Counted from the stretch's first letter, positions 52,431-62,051 are shown. The stretch: 64,000 nt of DNA from Candidatus Methylomirabilota bacterium (GCA_046726415.1 JBKPAK010000008.1:64766-128765); one strand, 5' to 3'. Program-made: numbers and translations. Notes: generated by a model from the letters alone, not told the origin.

Positions 52431-52571
52431 TGGTCGCCTCCTCCATCGATTCTGACACGCGCCACACCGGTGGGCTGGACGAAGTTGCCGGATAATACCG
52501 TGGCCGCCGAGGCCCTCCAAACGGATTCACCGCTCGCATGACGCGTGGCGCCAGGCACCGGGCCACGCCGC

Positions 52572-52631
52572 GCCTCAGCATCGCTGCTCGCAATGGACTG
52601 CTGCCTCAGCATCGCTGCTCGCAACGGACTG
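52572..52631. repeat. Tandem direct repeat, 29-nt unit, 31-nt period
   Basis: GCCTCAGCATCGCTGCTCGCAA(T/C)GGACTG at 52572 and 52603, one mismatch. Confidence 0.9.
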
Positions 52632-52663
52632 TGCTAAGGTGCCGGGCAGCCCGGGGGGATTCT

Positions 52664-53932
52664 ATGAACACGGTGTCGCGCAGGCAGTTCCTGATGGCGT
52701 CGGCAGGCGCGCTCGGCACACTGGCCCTCGGCGGCGTGGCCGGTTGCGCCACCTCGATGAAGGGCGACTTCGCCCCGAAGGCCGGCAAGCGGGTCGTCGT
52801 CCTCGGCGGCGGTTGGGGGGGAGCCACCGCGGCCAAGTATGTCCGGCTGGCAGATCCGACGATCGAGGTGATCCTGCTCGAGCCGCAGAAGCAGTTCATC
52901 TCGTGCCCGCTGAGCAATCTCGTGCTGAGCGGAGTCCGGACGCTGGAGAGCCTGACGATGTCGTACGATGGGCTGCGCCGGCGCGGGGTCAAGATCATCC
53001 ACGAGGAGGCATCTGCGCTCGACCCTTCCGCGCGCCGGGTGCGCATCGGGGAGGGATTGCTCGAGTTCGACCGACTCATCCTCTCTCCGGGCATCGACTT
53101 CCAGTGGGATCAAGTCGAGGGTCTCGCCCAAGCCAAGGACACCGTGCTCAACGCGTGGAAGGCCGGCCCCCAGACGATCGCCCTGGCTCAGCAGATCCAG
53201 TCCATGGCGGACGGCGGCGTCTTCGTCCTGACCATTCCCCCTGCCGCCTATCGCTGTCCGCCCGGACCCTATGAGCGGATCTGCCAAGTAGCGTGGTATC
53301 TCAAGAACAACAAGCCGAAATCGAAGGTCATCGCCCTCGACGCGAACCCGAACATCGTCTCCAAGGGGGGCCTGTTCAAGGCGGCCTGGCAGGCCTATCC
53401 CAACATCGACTACCGCCCGTCGAGCAAGGTGGTGAAGGTGGACGTGAGCGCTCGCACGGTGAGCACGGAGCTGGGCGACACCGTCAAATATGACGTGCTC
53501 AATCTGATCCCGCCCCAGCGGGCGGCGGCCATCGCCGTGCAGGCGGATCTGGTGGGCGGCGACAAGCGATGGTGCGAGGTCGACCACGTCACCTACGAGT
53601 CGGTGAAAGCCAAGAACATCCACATCATCGGCGACTCGACCATCGGGATTCCGGTGCCGAAGTCCGGTACGGTGGCCAACGCCATGGGCAAGATCGCGGC
53701 GAACGCGGTGGTGAGCCTCGTCAACGGCACGCCCGTGGCCGCCATGCCGCCCATCAACGTCTGCTACAGCTGGGTGAACGACCGCGAGGCGATGGCGATC
53801 ATCAACGCGTATCGCCTCGAGAACAACAAGGTCGTGCAGGTCGAGCAGAAGCTGACGCCGGGGCAGTCGGTGGCCATCGGGCAGAACGCCCTCGGCTGGG
53901 CCCAGAGCGTCTGGAGCGACACCCTTGCCTAG
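52664..53932 (+). CDS. fccB: Flavocytochrome c sulfide dehydrogenase, flavoprotein subunit (FccB/SoxF)
   Basis: SRRQFL Tat signal, GGGWGGATAA, SCPLSN, YRCPPGPYER, PKSG, NVCYS. Confidence 0.9.
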   Translation: MNTVSRRQFLMASAGALGTLALGGVAGCATSMKGDFAPKAGKRVVVLGGGWGGATAAKYVRLADPTIEVILLEPQKQFISCPLSNLVLSGVRTLESLTMSYDGLRRRGVKIIHEEASALDPSARRVRIGEGLLEFDRLILSPGIDFQWDQVEGLAQAKDTVLNAWKAGPQTIALAQQIQSMADGGVFVLTIPPAAYRCPPGPYERICQVAWYLKNNKPKSKVIALDANPNIVSKGGLFKAAWQAYPNIDYRPSSKVVKVDVSARTVSTELGDTVKYDVLNLIPPQRAAAIAVQADLVGGDKRWCEVDHVTYESVKAKNIHIIGDSTIGIPVPKSGTVANAMGKIAANAVVSLVNGTPVAAMPPINVCYSWVNDREAMAIINAYRLENNKVVQVEQKLTPGQSVAIGQNALGWAQSVWSDTLA

Positions 53933-53966
53933 GCTCCGAGGTCGGCGCGCGGAGGGACCGAACGGC

Positions 53967-54575
53967 ATGAGCGCGATGCCGCGCCGTCTTACCGGCCTGG
54001 TGGGAGGATGTCTGGCGGCCATGGGACTCATGGGGAACGCCGCTGCCGGCCCGCTGGATCCGCCCGACTACCAAAAGGCCTTCTCGTGCAGTGCCTGCCA
54101 TGGATTCGCCGGCAATAGCCAGACCAACACCATGCCCATCCTCGCTGGCATGGCCCCCTGGTATTTGAAGAAAGCCATCGCCGACTACGCGAGTGGTAAA
54201 CGACCGGCGGCGGAGATGGAACCGTATGCCAAGATGGTCGACATTCTCGGCGTCGATGCCGTGGCGGCCTACTTCGCGGCGCAGCCGCGGCAACCGTCTC
54301 CCATCAAGGTCGATCCCGCGGCGGTAGAGCGCGGGCGCACCGCCTCGGCTCAGTGCGTGGTCTGCCACGGCCCGAACGGGAAGGGCGATCCGAGCAAGGG
54401 CATTCCGGATATCACCGGCCAGCCGCCCGGTTATCTCCAGGTGCAGATGCTGAAGTTCAAGTCGGACACGCGGAGTCCAGGCGATCCGGTGCTCAAGGCG
54501 TTGAAGGCGCTCATGGCGACGATTCCCGATCCCACGCTGGCCGATCTGGCGGCGTACTACTCGAGCCTGCGATAG
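53967..54575 (+). CDS. fccA: Diheme cytochrome c (c4/FccA-like)
   Basis: Signal peptide; CSACH and CVVCH heme motifs; directly after fccB. Confidence 0.8.
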   Translation: MSAMPRRLTGLVGGCLAAMGLMGNAAAGPLDPPDYQKAFSCSACHGFAGNSQTNTMPILAGMAPWYLKKAIADYASGKRPAAEMEPYAKMVDILGVDAVAAYFAAQPRQPSPIKVDPAAVERGRTASAQCVVCHGPNGKGDPSKGIPDITGQPPGYLQVQMLKFKSDTRSPGDPVLKALKALMATIPDPTLADLAAYYSSLR

Positions 54576-54701
54576 TCCGATGACTGGCCCGTCGTGGTGG
54601 CGGCCCGGCACCACGTCGCGCAGGCGATCTGCTGGAGCGTCGTCGTCGAGAAGAGGACCGACGCTCCGGCGCGGTCGCGGCGAGCAAAGGAGCATCGACG
54701 G

Positions 54702-55622
54702 ATGACACGAGCAAAGGCGGTCGCGCAGGTGATCATGGCTCTGAGCCTCCTCTGGGCGGTGGACCACGCGGCCGGGCAAGCGCGCCTCATCAAGGGCGAA
54801 GACGGCGCCGACATGGTGCTCGTGCCCGCCGGAGCTTTCTGGATGGGGAGCCAGGCCGAGGACATCCAGATCCGTATCAACGAGTGCAAGAAGAGCGTGA
54901 GGCCGGAGAATCGCGACAAGTGCGAGGAATGGTTCAAGGACGAGGGGCCGCAGCGCCAGGTCTTCCTCGACGCCTTTTACATCGATCGCTACGAGGTGAC
55001 CAACGCCCTGTTCGAGCGCTTCGTGACGCGGAATTCGCATCGCACCACGGCCGAGGCCGAGGGGTGGGGCTGGGTGTTTCGCCCCGGCGATGGGAAGTGG
55101 GACAAGGTCAAGGGAGCCACCTGGCGCGCCCCGGACGGCCCCGGCACCACGGCGCCTGCCGCGCATCCCGTGGTCCAGGTCTCGTGGTCCGACGCCGAAG
55201 CGTACTGCAAGTGGGCCGGCAAGCGGCTGGCCTCCGAAGCCGAATGGGAGAAGGGTGCGCGCGGGGTCGATGGTCGTCGCTACCCGTGGGGTGAGGAGTG
55301 GACCTCCTCGCGCTCCAATGGCGACCTGGCGGTCAAAGCGACGCGGCCCGTCGGCAGCTACGCCGTGGGCGTCAGCCCGTACGATATCCACGACATGGCC
55401 GGGAACGTCTTCGAATGGGTCGGCGACTGGTACGACGCGGACTACTACCGGAAGGGAGGGGATCGGAATCCGCCCGGCCCGACGTCCGGGCAACAGCGCA
55501 TCTTGCGCGGCGGCGGCTGGCATTCCCGCCCGATCGCCCTCCGGGCGGCGAGCCGCGGCAGCGGCGTGGCCGATTTCCGGTACAACTATGTTGGATTCCG
55601 GTGCGCGAAGGGACTGCCCTGA
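54702..55622 (+). CDS. Secreted formylglycine-generating-enzyme-fold protein (SUMF1/EgtB/PvdO family)
   Basis: F.MGS, YEVTN, HPVVQVSW.DA..YC.W, DMAGNV.EW, RGGGW, GFRC. Confidence 0.85.
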   Translation: MTRAKAVAQVIMALSLLWAVDHAAGQARLIKGEDGADMVLVPAGAFWMGSQAEDIQIRINECKKSVRPENRDKCEEWFKDEGPQRQVFLDAFYIDRYEVTNALFERFVTRNSHRTTAEAEGWGWVFRPGDGKWDKVKGATWRAPDGPGTTAPAAHPVVQVSWSDAEAYCKWAGKRLASEAEWEKGARGVDGRRYPWGEEWTSSRSNGDLAVKATRPVGSYAVGVSPYDIHDMAGNVFEWVGDWYDADYYRKGGDRNPPGPTSGQQRILRGGGWHSRPIALRAASRGSGVADFRYNYVGFRCAKGLP

Positions 55623-56782
55623 CCGAGGCATTCAAAAACCAGTACCGGGCGCTTTTTGAGCGGCCGTGGACTGTCGGAGGCGCGGCCATCCTGGTGGCCG
55701 CCATCAATGTGTTCCTCTTCGCCTTCGATCGTCCCTGGACGGCTTCTGACGGCGTCCGCAACTGGGGTGACTGGATTCTCACCGGGTTCGGCGTGGTCAA
55801 GCGCCCCGATCTCGTCGCCCCCTGGCTCTACTCTGGCTCGCTCATCGACCTGGGAGTGATCGTGGGCGGCTTTGCGGCGGCCCTCCTGGGGCGCGAATTC
55901 GCCATCCGCGTGCCGCCGGCTGGCGAGCTGGTGAAAGGCGGAGTCGGCGGCACGTTCATGGGGATCGGAGCCATGCTGGCTTTCGGGTGCAACATCGGCG
56001 GCTTTTTCAGCGCCACCAGTGCCTTGTCGCTCTCCGGCCTGTGCATGATGGTCGGCCTCTTGGCCGGGGCGCTTCTCGGGCTGCGCTACCTGCTCTGGGA
56101 GACCGAGCACCGGCCAGCCTGGTCGAATGGCACCTCGCGGGCGTACGCAAGAGCGCGTTCAGACGGCAGCCGCCAGCCCCTGGTGGGCGGCCTCGTGCTG
56201 CTCCTGGTGGTGGGGGCGCCGTTCGTGTATGCCGGCTGGGGCTACGTGCCGCAGGGGATCTTTCTCCTGTTCGGGGTGGCTTTCGGGTTCGTCTTCCAGC
56301 GCTCGCGCTTCTGCCTGGTGCGCGCGTTCCGTGAACCGTTCATGACGGGCGACGGCGAACACACACGGGCGGCCGCCATGGCGGTCGTGGTGAGCATGTT
56401 GGGGTTCGCGATCTTGAAGTTCACGGACCTCAAGGACAAAGGCGAGTGGGTGTTCGCGGGCGCGGGTATCGGGGCGCTCCTCGGTGGGCTTATCTTCGGG
56501 ACCGGCATGACCCTGGCCGGTGGCTGCGGCGCCGGCTCCATCTGGCGCGCCGGCGAAGGGCAGGTGAAACTCTGGGTCGCCGTGGCGTGCTTCGGCCTGA
56601 GCGCGTCGCTCAGTCGGTTGATCCTGCAGCAGACGGGCGCGCTCGGAAAGCTCGGCTGGGCGATCTTCCTACCGTCGGCGCTCGGCTGGGGCGCCGCCCT
56701 CATCTTGGTGGTGGCCGTGATGGCGGTGTGGGCCGCCTGGGCCACGTGGAACGAGTCCTCGCGAACGTTCAGTGCAGTGTAG
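55619..56782 (+). CDS. YeeE/YedE-family sulfur/selenium-compound transporter
   Basis: FGCNIG, FQRSRFCL, LAGGCGAG; start uncertain (CTG 55619 or GTG 55601). Confidence 0.85.
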   Translation: MTEAFKNQYRALFERPWTVGGAAILVAAINVFLFAFDRPWTASDGVRNWGDWILTGFGVVKRPDLVAPWLYSGSLIDLGVIVGGFAAALLGREFAIRVPPAGELVKGGVGGTFMGIGAMLAFGCNIGGFFSATSALSLSGLCMMVGLLAGALLGLRYLLWETEHRPAWSNGTSRAYARARSDGSRQPLVGGLVLLLVVGAPFVYAGWGYVPQGIFLLFGVAFGFVFQRSRFCLVRAFREPFMTGDGEHTRAAAMAVVVSMLGFAILKFTDLKDKGEWVFAGAGIGALLGGLIFGTGMTLAGGCGAGSIWRAGEGQVKLWVAVACFGLSASLSRLILQQTGALGKLGWAIFLPSALGWGAALILVVAVMAVWAAWATWNESSRTFSAV

Positions 56783-56811
56783 TCAGCCATTTGCCGGGAG
56801 GATCGAAGAGA

Positions 56812-58347
56812 GTGCGCTACGGGTTCGCAATCGATCAGCGCAAGTGCATCGGCTGCCACGCGTGCACGGTGGCCTGCAAGGAGGAAAACCGCGTCCCGCT
56901 GGGGGCCTTCCGCACCTGGGTGAAGTACGTCGAGCGGGGGACCTTTCCCGATACTCGGCGCTACTTTGCGGTCCTGCGGTGCAATCACTGCGACGACGCG
57001 CCCTGCGTGTCTATCTGCCCTACGGTGGCCCTCTACCGCCGCGACGACGGTATCGTGGACTTCGACGGCGACCGCTGCATTGGCTGCAAGTCGTGTATGC
57101 AGGCCTGCCCGTACGACGCGCTGTACATCGACCCCGCCACGCACACCGCCGCCAAATGCAACTACTGCGCACATCGGGTGGAGGTCGGGCTGGAGCCGGC
57201 CTGCGTCATCGTGTGTCCGGAGCAGGCCATCGTGGCGGGCGATCTCGACGATCCTTCGACGCCGCTGGCTCGGCTGGTCGCCACCGAGCAGGTCCAGGTG
57301 CGCAAGCCCGAGCAGGGGACGCGTCCCAAGGTCTTCTATCTCGGGGCTGATGCCTCGGCCCTGTCGCCGTCGCTGCAGCGAGTCTCCGACCGCTTCATGT
57401 GGGCGCAACGGACGAGTGAGGAGATCGATCTCGTGCGGCTGGTCGCCCGGGCCCGGAGAAACGAACCTCTCGGCGATGCCGCGCTCAGCCGGCCAGTCTA
57501 CGATGTGTCTCACCTGTCGCGGCCCTGGGGATCGCGGGTGGCCGCCTATCTCTGGACCAAGTCCATCGGCGCCGGCGCGCTCCTGGTGTCGGCGCTCGGT
57601 GTGGTCGTGGGCAGCGTGGAGGGCGGCCTCCTCACCGGTGTGGTGGCTCCTGCCCTGGCGCTTCTGTTTCTGGCCATCACCACGGGGTTGCTCGTCGCCG
57701 ATCTGAAGCGGCCGGATCGCTTCTACTACATCCTGACCATAGGCAACCGCAGGTCGTGGCTGGTGTGGGGAGCCTGGATCCTCATGGCGTATGGCGCGGC
57801 GGGCGCGCTCTGGCTCTTCGGGGGACTCACCGAGAACCAGGCGCTGCTCCGGCTCGTGGCGATTCCCGTGATCCTGCTCGCCGCGGCCTCGGCCGGCTAT
57901 AGCGCCTTCTTGTTCGGCCAGGCCGAAGGGCGCGACTTCTGGCAAAGCCCGCTGCTGCTCCCCCAGTTGCTGGTAGCGGCGCTGGTCGCCGGATCGGCGT
58001 CGCTCATGCTCGCTCATCTGGCCGTGGGGGGCCTGCCACAGAGACTGCCCCCGCTGGTCATGGGTTTCGCGCTGAGCATGGTGGCCCACGGGGTTCTACT
58101 GCTGGCCGAGCTGTTCGGCTCGCACGCGAACGTCGACGTCGCCCGCACCGCTCGGCTGATCACCACCGGTGAGGGCTTCCGGGCGAGCTTCTGGCTGTGG
58201 GTGGTGGCGGTCGGGATCGCGATGCCCCTCCTCCTGGTCTGGTTTGGGCCGGTGGGGGCCGCCGTGGCCGCGGTGCTCTCGCTGGCCGGGCTCTGGGTCT
58301 ACGAAGATCTATGGGTCAAGGCCGGCCAATCCCTCCCGTTGAGTTAA
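56812..58347 (+). CDS. Fused 4Fe-4S (PsrB/NrfC-like) plus NrfD/PsrC membrane anchor
   Basis: CIGCHACTVAC, CNHCDDAPC, CIGCKSCMQACP, KCNYC, followed by multiple TM helices with DLKRPDRF..SWLVWGAW. Confidence 0.85.
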   Translation: MRYGFAIDQRKCIGCHACTVACKEENRVPLGAFRTWVKYVERGTFPDTRRYFAVLRCNHCDDAPCVSICPTVALYRRDDGIVDFDGDRCIGCKSCMQACPYDALYIDPATHTAAKCNYCAHRVEVGLEPACVIVCPEQAIVAGDLDDPSTPLARLVATEQVQVRKPEQGTRPKVFYLGADASALSPSLQRVSDRFMWAQRTSEEIDLVRLVARARRNEPLGDAALSRPVYDVSHLSRPWGSRVAAYLWTKSIGAGALLVSALGVVVGSVEGGLLTGVVAPALALLFLAITTGLLVADLKRPDRFYYILTIGNRRSWLVWGAWILMAYGAAGALWLFGGLTENQALLRLVAIPVILLAAASAGYSAFLFGQAEGRDFWQSPLLLPQLLVAALVAGSASLMLAHLAVGGLPQRLPPLVMGFALSMVAHGVLLLAELFGSHANVDVARTARLITTGEGFRASFWLWVVAVGIAMPLLLVWFGPVGAAVAAVLSLAGLWVYEDLWVKAGQSLPLS

Positions 58348-61181
58348 TGACGATGAACGTGAGGACGACGGCCGAACCGTTGCACCCCGCCGCCCGCGAG
58401 CTGACCCCGCGCCCGGGCGGCCTGGCCAGCTATCCGCCCGTCGACCGCTGGGAGGACTGGGTGGAGTACGACCCGGTGGCCTGGCCTCGCAAAGTCGAGC
58501 GGCGCTATGCGCTGATCCCCACGATCTGCTTCAACTGCGAGGCGGCCTGCGGGTTGCTCGCCTACGTCGACAAGCACACCCTTCAGATCCAGAAGTTCGA
58601 GGGCAATCCCGCGCATCCCGGCAGCCGCGGGCGCAATTGCGCGAAGGGACCGGCCACACTGAATCAGGTATATGACCCCGAGCGCATTCGATATCCGATG
58701 CGCCGGGCGGGGCCCCGCGGGGGCGGGACGTGGGAGCGCGTGACATGGGACGACGCCCTCGACGACATCGCCGGACGCATCCGGGCCGCGCTGATCCAGG
58801 GACGCCAGAGGGAGATCATGTACCACCTCGGCCGGCCCGGTCACGAGCTGGTCTATTTGCAGCGCGTCTTTCACGCCTGGGGCATCGACGGCCACAATAG
58901 CCACACCAACGTCTGCTCGTCGAGCGCGCGCGCCGGCTACGCCTTCTGGCACGGGATGGATCGTCCCTCGCCCGACCATGCCAATGCGCGTTTCATCCTG
59001 TTGCTGTCCTCACACCTGGAAACCGGCCATTACTTCAATCCCCACGCGCAGCGCATCATCGAAGCGAAGATGCGTGGGGCCAAAGTTTGCGTCCTCGACA
59101 CCCGGCTCAGCAACACCGCCTCGATGGCCGACTGGTGGCTCTCGCCATGGCCGGGTTCGGAGGGCGCCGTCCTGCTGGCCATGGCCAACATCCTCGTGCG
59201 GGAGCGCCTGTACGACCGCGAGTTCGTCCGGCGGTGGACGAACTGGGACGAGTACCTGCGCGGCGAGCGGCCCGATCTCCCGGTGACATTCGAGGCGTTC
59301 GAGCGGGCCATTCTGGAGCTGTATGCCCGGTTCACACCGGAGTTCGCCGAGTCCGAGAGCGGCGTGGAGGCGGCCAAGATCGTGGAAGTGGCGCGTGGCG
59401 TCGGCAGCGCCGGCTCCGCCCTGGCCACCCACATCTGGCGCAACACGGCCGCCGGTAACCTCGGTGGCTGGCAGGTGGCGCGGGCGTTGGAGTGGATCGT
59501 CGTCCTGATGGGCGCGGTGAGCACCGAAGGGGGAACGGCACCCAGCGCCTGGCACAAGGCCGTCCCGGCGCCGCCCATGATGCCGCCTCCCGGCAAGGTG
59601 TGGAGCGAGCTCCTGATGCCCAGGGAGTACCCTCTGGCCTTCTTCGAGATGAGCTTCCTGCTGCCGCATTTCCTGCGCGAGGGACGAGGCAAGCTGGCCA
59701 TGTACTTCACGCGCGTCTACAACCCCGTATGGACGAACCCCGACGGGATGTCGTGGATGGAGATGCTGACGGATGAGACCAAGGTCGAGCGACACGCGTG
59801 TCTCACGCCGGTGTGGAGCGAGACGGCGTGGTTCGCCGACTACGTGCTGCCGATGGGGTTGGGGTCCGAGCGTCACGACCTCATGTCCCAGGAAACCCAC
59901 GCCGCGCGCTGGATCGGCTTCCGCCAGCCGGTGCTGCGGGTGGCCCTCGAGCGGCAAGGCAAGAGCTTCGAGTGGACCTGGCAAGCGCACGAGGCGGCTG
60001 GCCTCGGTCAGGTGTGGGAGGAAGACGAGTTCTGGATCGCGCTGTCGTGGCGCATCGATCCCGACGGCGCGCTGGGGATCCGGAAGTATTTCGAGTCGCC
60101 GTACCGACCCGGACAGATGCTCCGCGTCGAGGAGTTCTATCGCTGGATATTCGAGCACAGCGTGCCCGGGCTTCCCGACGCGGCGCAGGGCGAGGGACTC
60201 ACGGCGCTCGAGTACATGCGAAAGTACGGCTCCTTTCTCGTGGAGGATGGTGTGTACCGGACCCACGAGCAGCTCGTCTCCGTCCAGGAGCTCGAGGGCG
60301 CCGTGATCGACCCTGTCACCAAGCTCATCGCGAAGGGCGGGGCGGCGTTCGGTGTGGAGGTCGACGGGCGGCCCTGCATCGGCTTCCCCACTCCGTCACG
60401 CAAGCTGGAATTCTTCTCGCCGACTCTGAAGACGTGGAAGTGGCCGGAGGCGGCGGTGCCCAACTACATCAAGAGCCACGTCGCGAGGTCCGAGATCAAC
60501 CGCGAGCGGGGAGAGATGGTGTTGCTACCGACCTTCCGGCTGCCCACATTGATCCACACGCGCTCGGGCAACGCCAAGTGGCTGTACGAGATCTCGCACA
60601 CCAATCCGCTGTGGCTGCATCCGGAGGACGCGGGCCGCCTCGGGGTGACCACGAACGACCTCCTGAAGGTCTCGACCCGCATCGGATACTTCGTCGACCG
60701 CGTGTGGGTGACCGAGGCCATCCGACCCGGCATCGTCGCCTGCTCGCACCACCTCGGGCGCTGGCGCCTGGCCGAGGATGCGGGAGGAGAGCGCTGGTCC
60801 ACCGCCCTCGTCGATCTGACCCAGCCGGCCCCCGGCCAGTGGCGCATGCGCCATGTGCATGGCGTGCGCCCGTTCAAGAGCGACGACCCGGACTCCGAGC
60901 GCATCTGGTGGGAGGACGCGGGGGTCCACCAGAACCTGACGTTCCCCGTGCAACCTGACCCGGTGAGCGGTCAGCACTGCTGGCATCAGAAGGTGACCGT
61001 CTCGAAGCCCGGTCCCGACGACCGTTACGGCGACATCTTCGTAGACACGAGCAAGTCCTTCGAGGTGTATCGAGAGTGGCTTGCCATGGCGCGCCCCGGC
61101 CCAGGCCCGGGCGGCCTGCGGCGCCCGCTCTGGCTGCCGCGGGCCTTCAAGCCCGACGTATCCGCGTACGCCATCGAGTGA
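58347..61181 (+). CDS. Molybdopterin oxidoreductase catalytic subunit (Psr/Phs/Soe-like), no Tat signal
   Basis: CFNCEAAC...NCAKG Fe-S motif, SHTNVC putative Cys ligand, FPTPSRKLEF; TAATG overlap. Confidence 0.85.
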   Translation: MTMNVRTTAEPLHPAARELTPRPGGLASYPPVDRWEDWVEYDPVAWPRKVERRYALIPTICFNCEAACGLLAYVDKHTLQIQKFEGNPAHPGSRGRNCAKGPATLNQVYDPERIRYPMRRAGPRGGGTWERVTWDDALDDIAGRIRAALIQGRQREIMYHLGRPGHELVYLQRVFHAWGIDGHNSHTNVCSSSARAGYAFWHGMDRPSPDHANARFILLLSSHLETGHYFNPHAQRIIEAKMRGAKVCVLDTRLSNTASMADWWLSPWPGSEGAVLLAMANILVRERLYDREFVRRWTNWDEYLRGERPDLPVTFEAFERAILELYARFTPEFAESESGVEAAKIVEVARGVGSAGSALATHIWRNTAAGNLGGWQVARALEWIVVLMGAVSTEGGTAPSAWHKAVPAPPMMPPPGKVWSELLMPREYPLAFFEMSFLLPHFLREGRGKLAMYFTRVYNPVWTNPDGMSWMEMLTDETKVERHACLTPVWSETAWFADYVLPMGLGSERHDLMSQETHAARWIGFRQPVLRVALERQGKSFEWTWQAHEAAGLGQVWEEDEFWIALSWRIDPDGALGIRKYFESPYRPGQMLRVEEFYRWIFEHSVPGLPDAAQGEGLTALEYMRKYGSFLVEDGVYRTHEQLVSVQELEGAVIDPVTKLIAKGGAAFGVEVDGRPCIGFPTPSRKLEFFSPTLKTWKWPEAAVPNYIKSHVARSEINRERGEMVLLPTFRLPTLIHTRSGNAKWLYEISHTNPLWLHPEDAGRLGVTTNDLLKVSTRIGYFVDRVWVTEAIRPGIVACSHHLGRWRLAEDAGGERWSTALVDLTQPAPGQWRMRHVHGVRPFKSDDPDSERIWWEDAGVHQNLTFPVQPDPVSGQHCWHQKVTVSKPGPDDRYGDIFVDTSKSFEVYREWLAMARPGPGPGGLRRPLWLPRAFKPDVSAYAIE

Positions 61182-61527
61182 TGCGGGTTTCCGATCGGAA
61201 TTGGTAAAATTTTTGTACATGATATCGTGATAGTTGTGAGGGGTTTCCACTCTCGTTGACAGTACTCGCGGTCGTCAGGGCGCGGCGTCCCATCTAGGGA
61301 CATGTCCGGATCGCCCAACGAATCAAAGAGATCATGGGCACGGGTGAAGATGGAGATTGAACGTCGTTAGCGCGACGCACTGACCGGCAGCGAGGGCGTC
61401 GGCATGCCTGGGTGGCCGACCGCGCTGGCGCGGGACGTCGCCTACTGGGGCGAAGAGGTGACTAGAAGTGGCCTGCTGGGGCTGGGCGATGATTGGAAGT
61501 GGCCCGGTGGCGCGAGGAGATGACTGA

Positions 61528-62037
61528 ATGAAGGGTGAGCGCGAGCTTCACGACCGAGCCGACATGCCCCGCCGCTCCGTGCTGGGGATGCTCGGCGCGC
61601 TGGGCGCCGCCACGGCCGCCGGCACCTTGTCGGCGGCAAGGGTGGTCTCGGCCCAGGCGCTTGGCGTGCATGAGAGTGTCGACGCCGCCCTCAAGCGCTT
61701 CTTCGGAGCGCGGCCCCTCAAGGAGGGCGGTGCGCTGGTCAAGCTCGACATCCCGCTGATCGCCGAGAACGGCGCCGTGGTTCCCGTCGCGGTGGAGGTC
61801 AACTCGCCCATGACGCCGACGAACTACGTGAAGCACATCTACATCGTGGCCGACAAGAACCGGATCCCGATGGTGACGAGGGTCACGCTGAGCCCCGAAG
61901 CCGGGCAAGCGGCCATCGGCGAGAACATCCGGCTGGGAGAGACCGGCGACGTGCGAGCCATCGTCGAGCAGAGCGACGGGACACTGCTGCAGGTGAAGCG
62001 CGAGGTCAAGGTCACCGTCAGCGGCTGCGGCGGCTGA
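61528..62037 (+). CDS. soxY: Sulfur carrier protein SoxY
   Basis: PRRSVL Tat-like signal, IAENGAVVPV, C-terminal VKVTVSGCGG. Confidence 0.9.
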   Translation: MKGERELHDRADMPRRSVLGMLGALGAATAAGTLSAARVVSAQALGVHESVDAALKRFFGARPLKEGGALVKLDIPLIAENGAVVPVAVEVNSPMTPTNYVKHIYIVADKNRIPMVTRVTLSPEAGQAAIGENIRLGETGDVRAIVEQSDGTLLQVKREVKVTVSGCGG

Positions 62038-62051
62038 GGGGAGACGGAGCC

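Noticed and set aside
49158-52541. 1127-aa plus-strand ORF and other long antisense ORFs (e.g. 19842-22451, 24571-27075, 42998-45076)
   Set aside because: Shadow ORFs opposite well-supported genes, expected in high-GC DNA; no recognisable motifs
52572-52631. 29-nt direct repeat as a mini-CRISPR
   Set aside because: Only two copies separated by 2 nt, so there is no spacer
61404-61523. 39-codon ORF (MPGWPTALARDVAYWG...) upstream of soxY
   Set aside because: Short, no homology evidence; could be UTR
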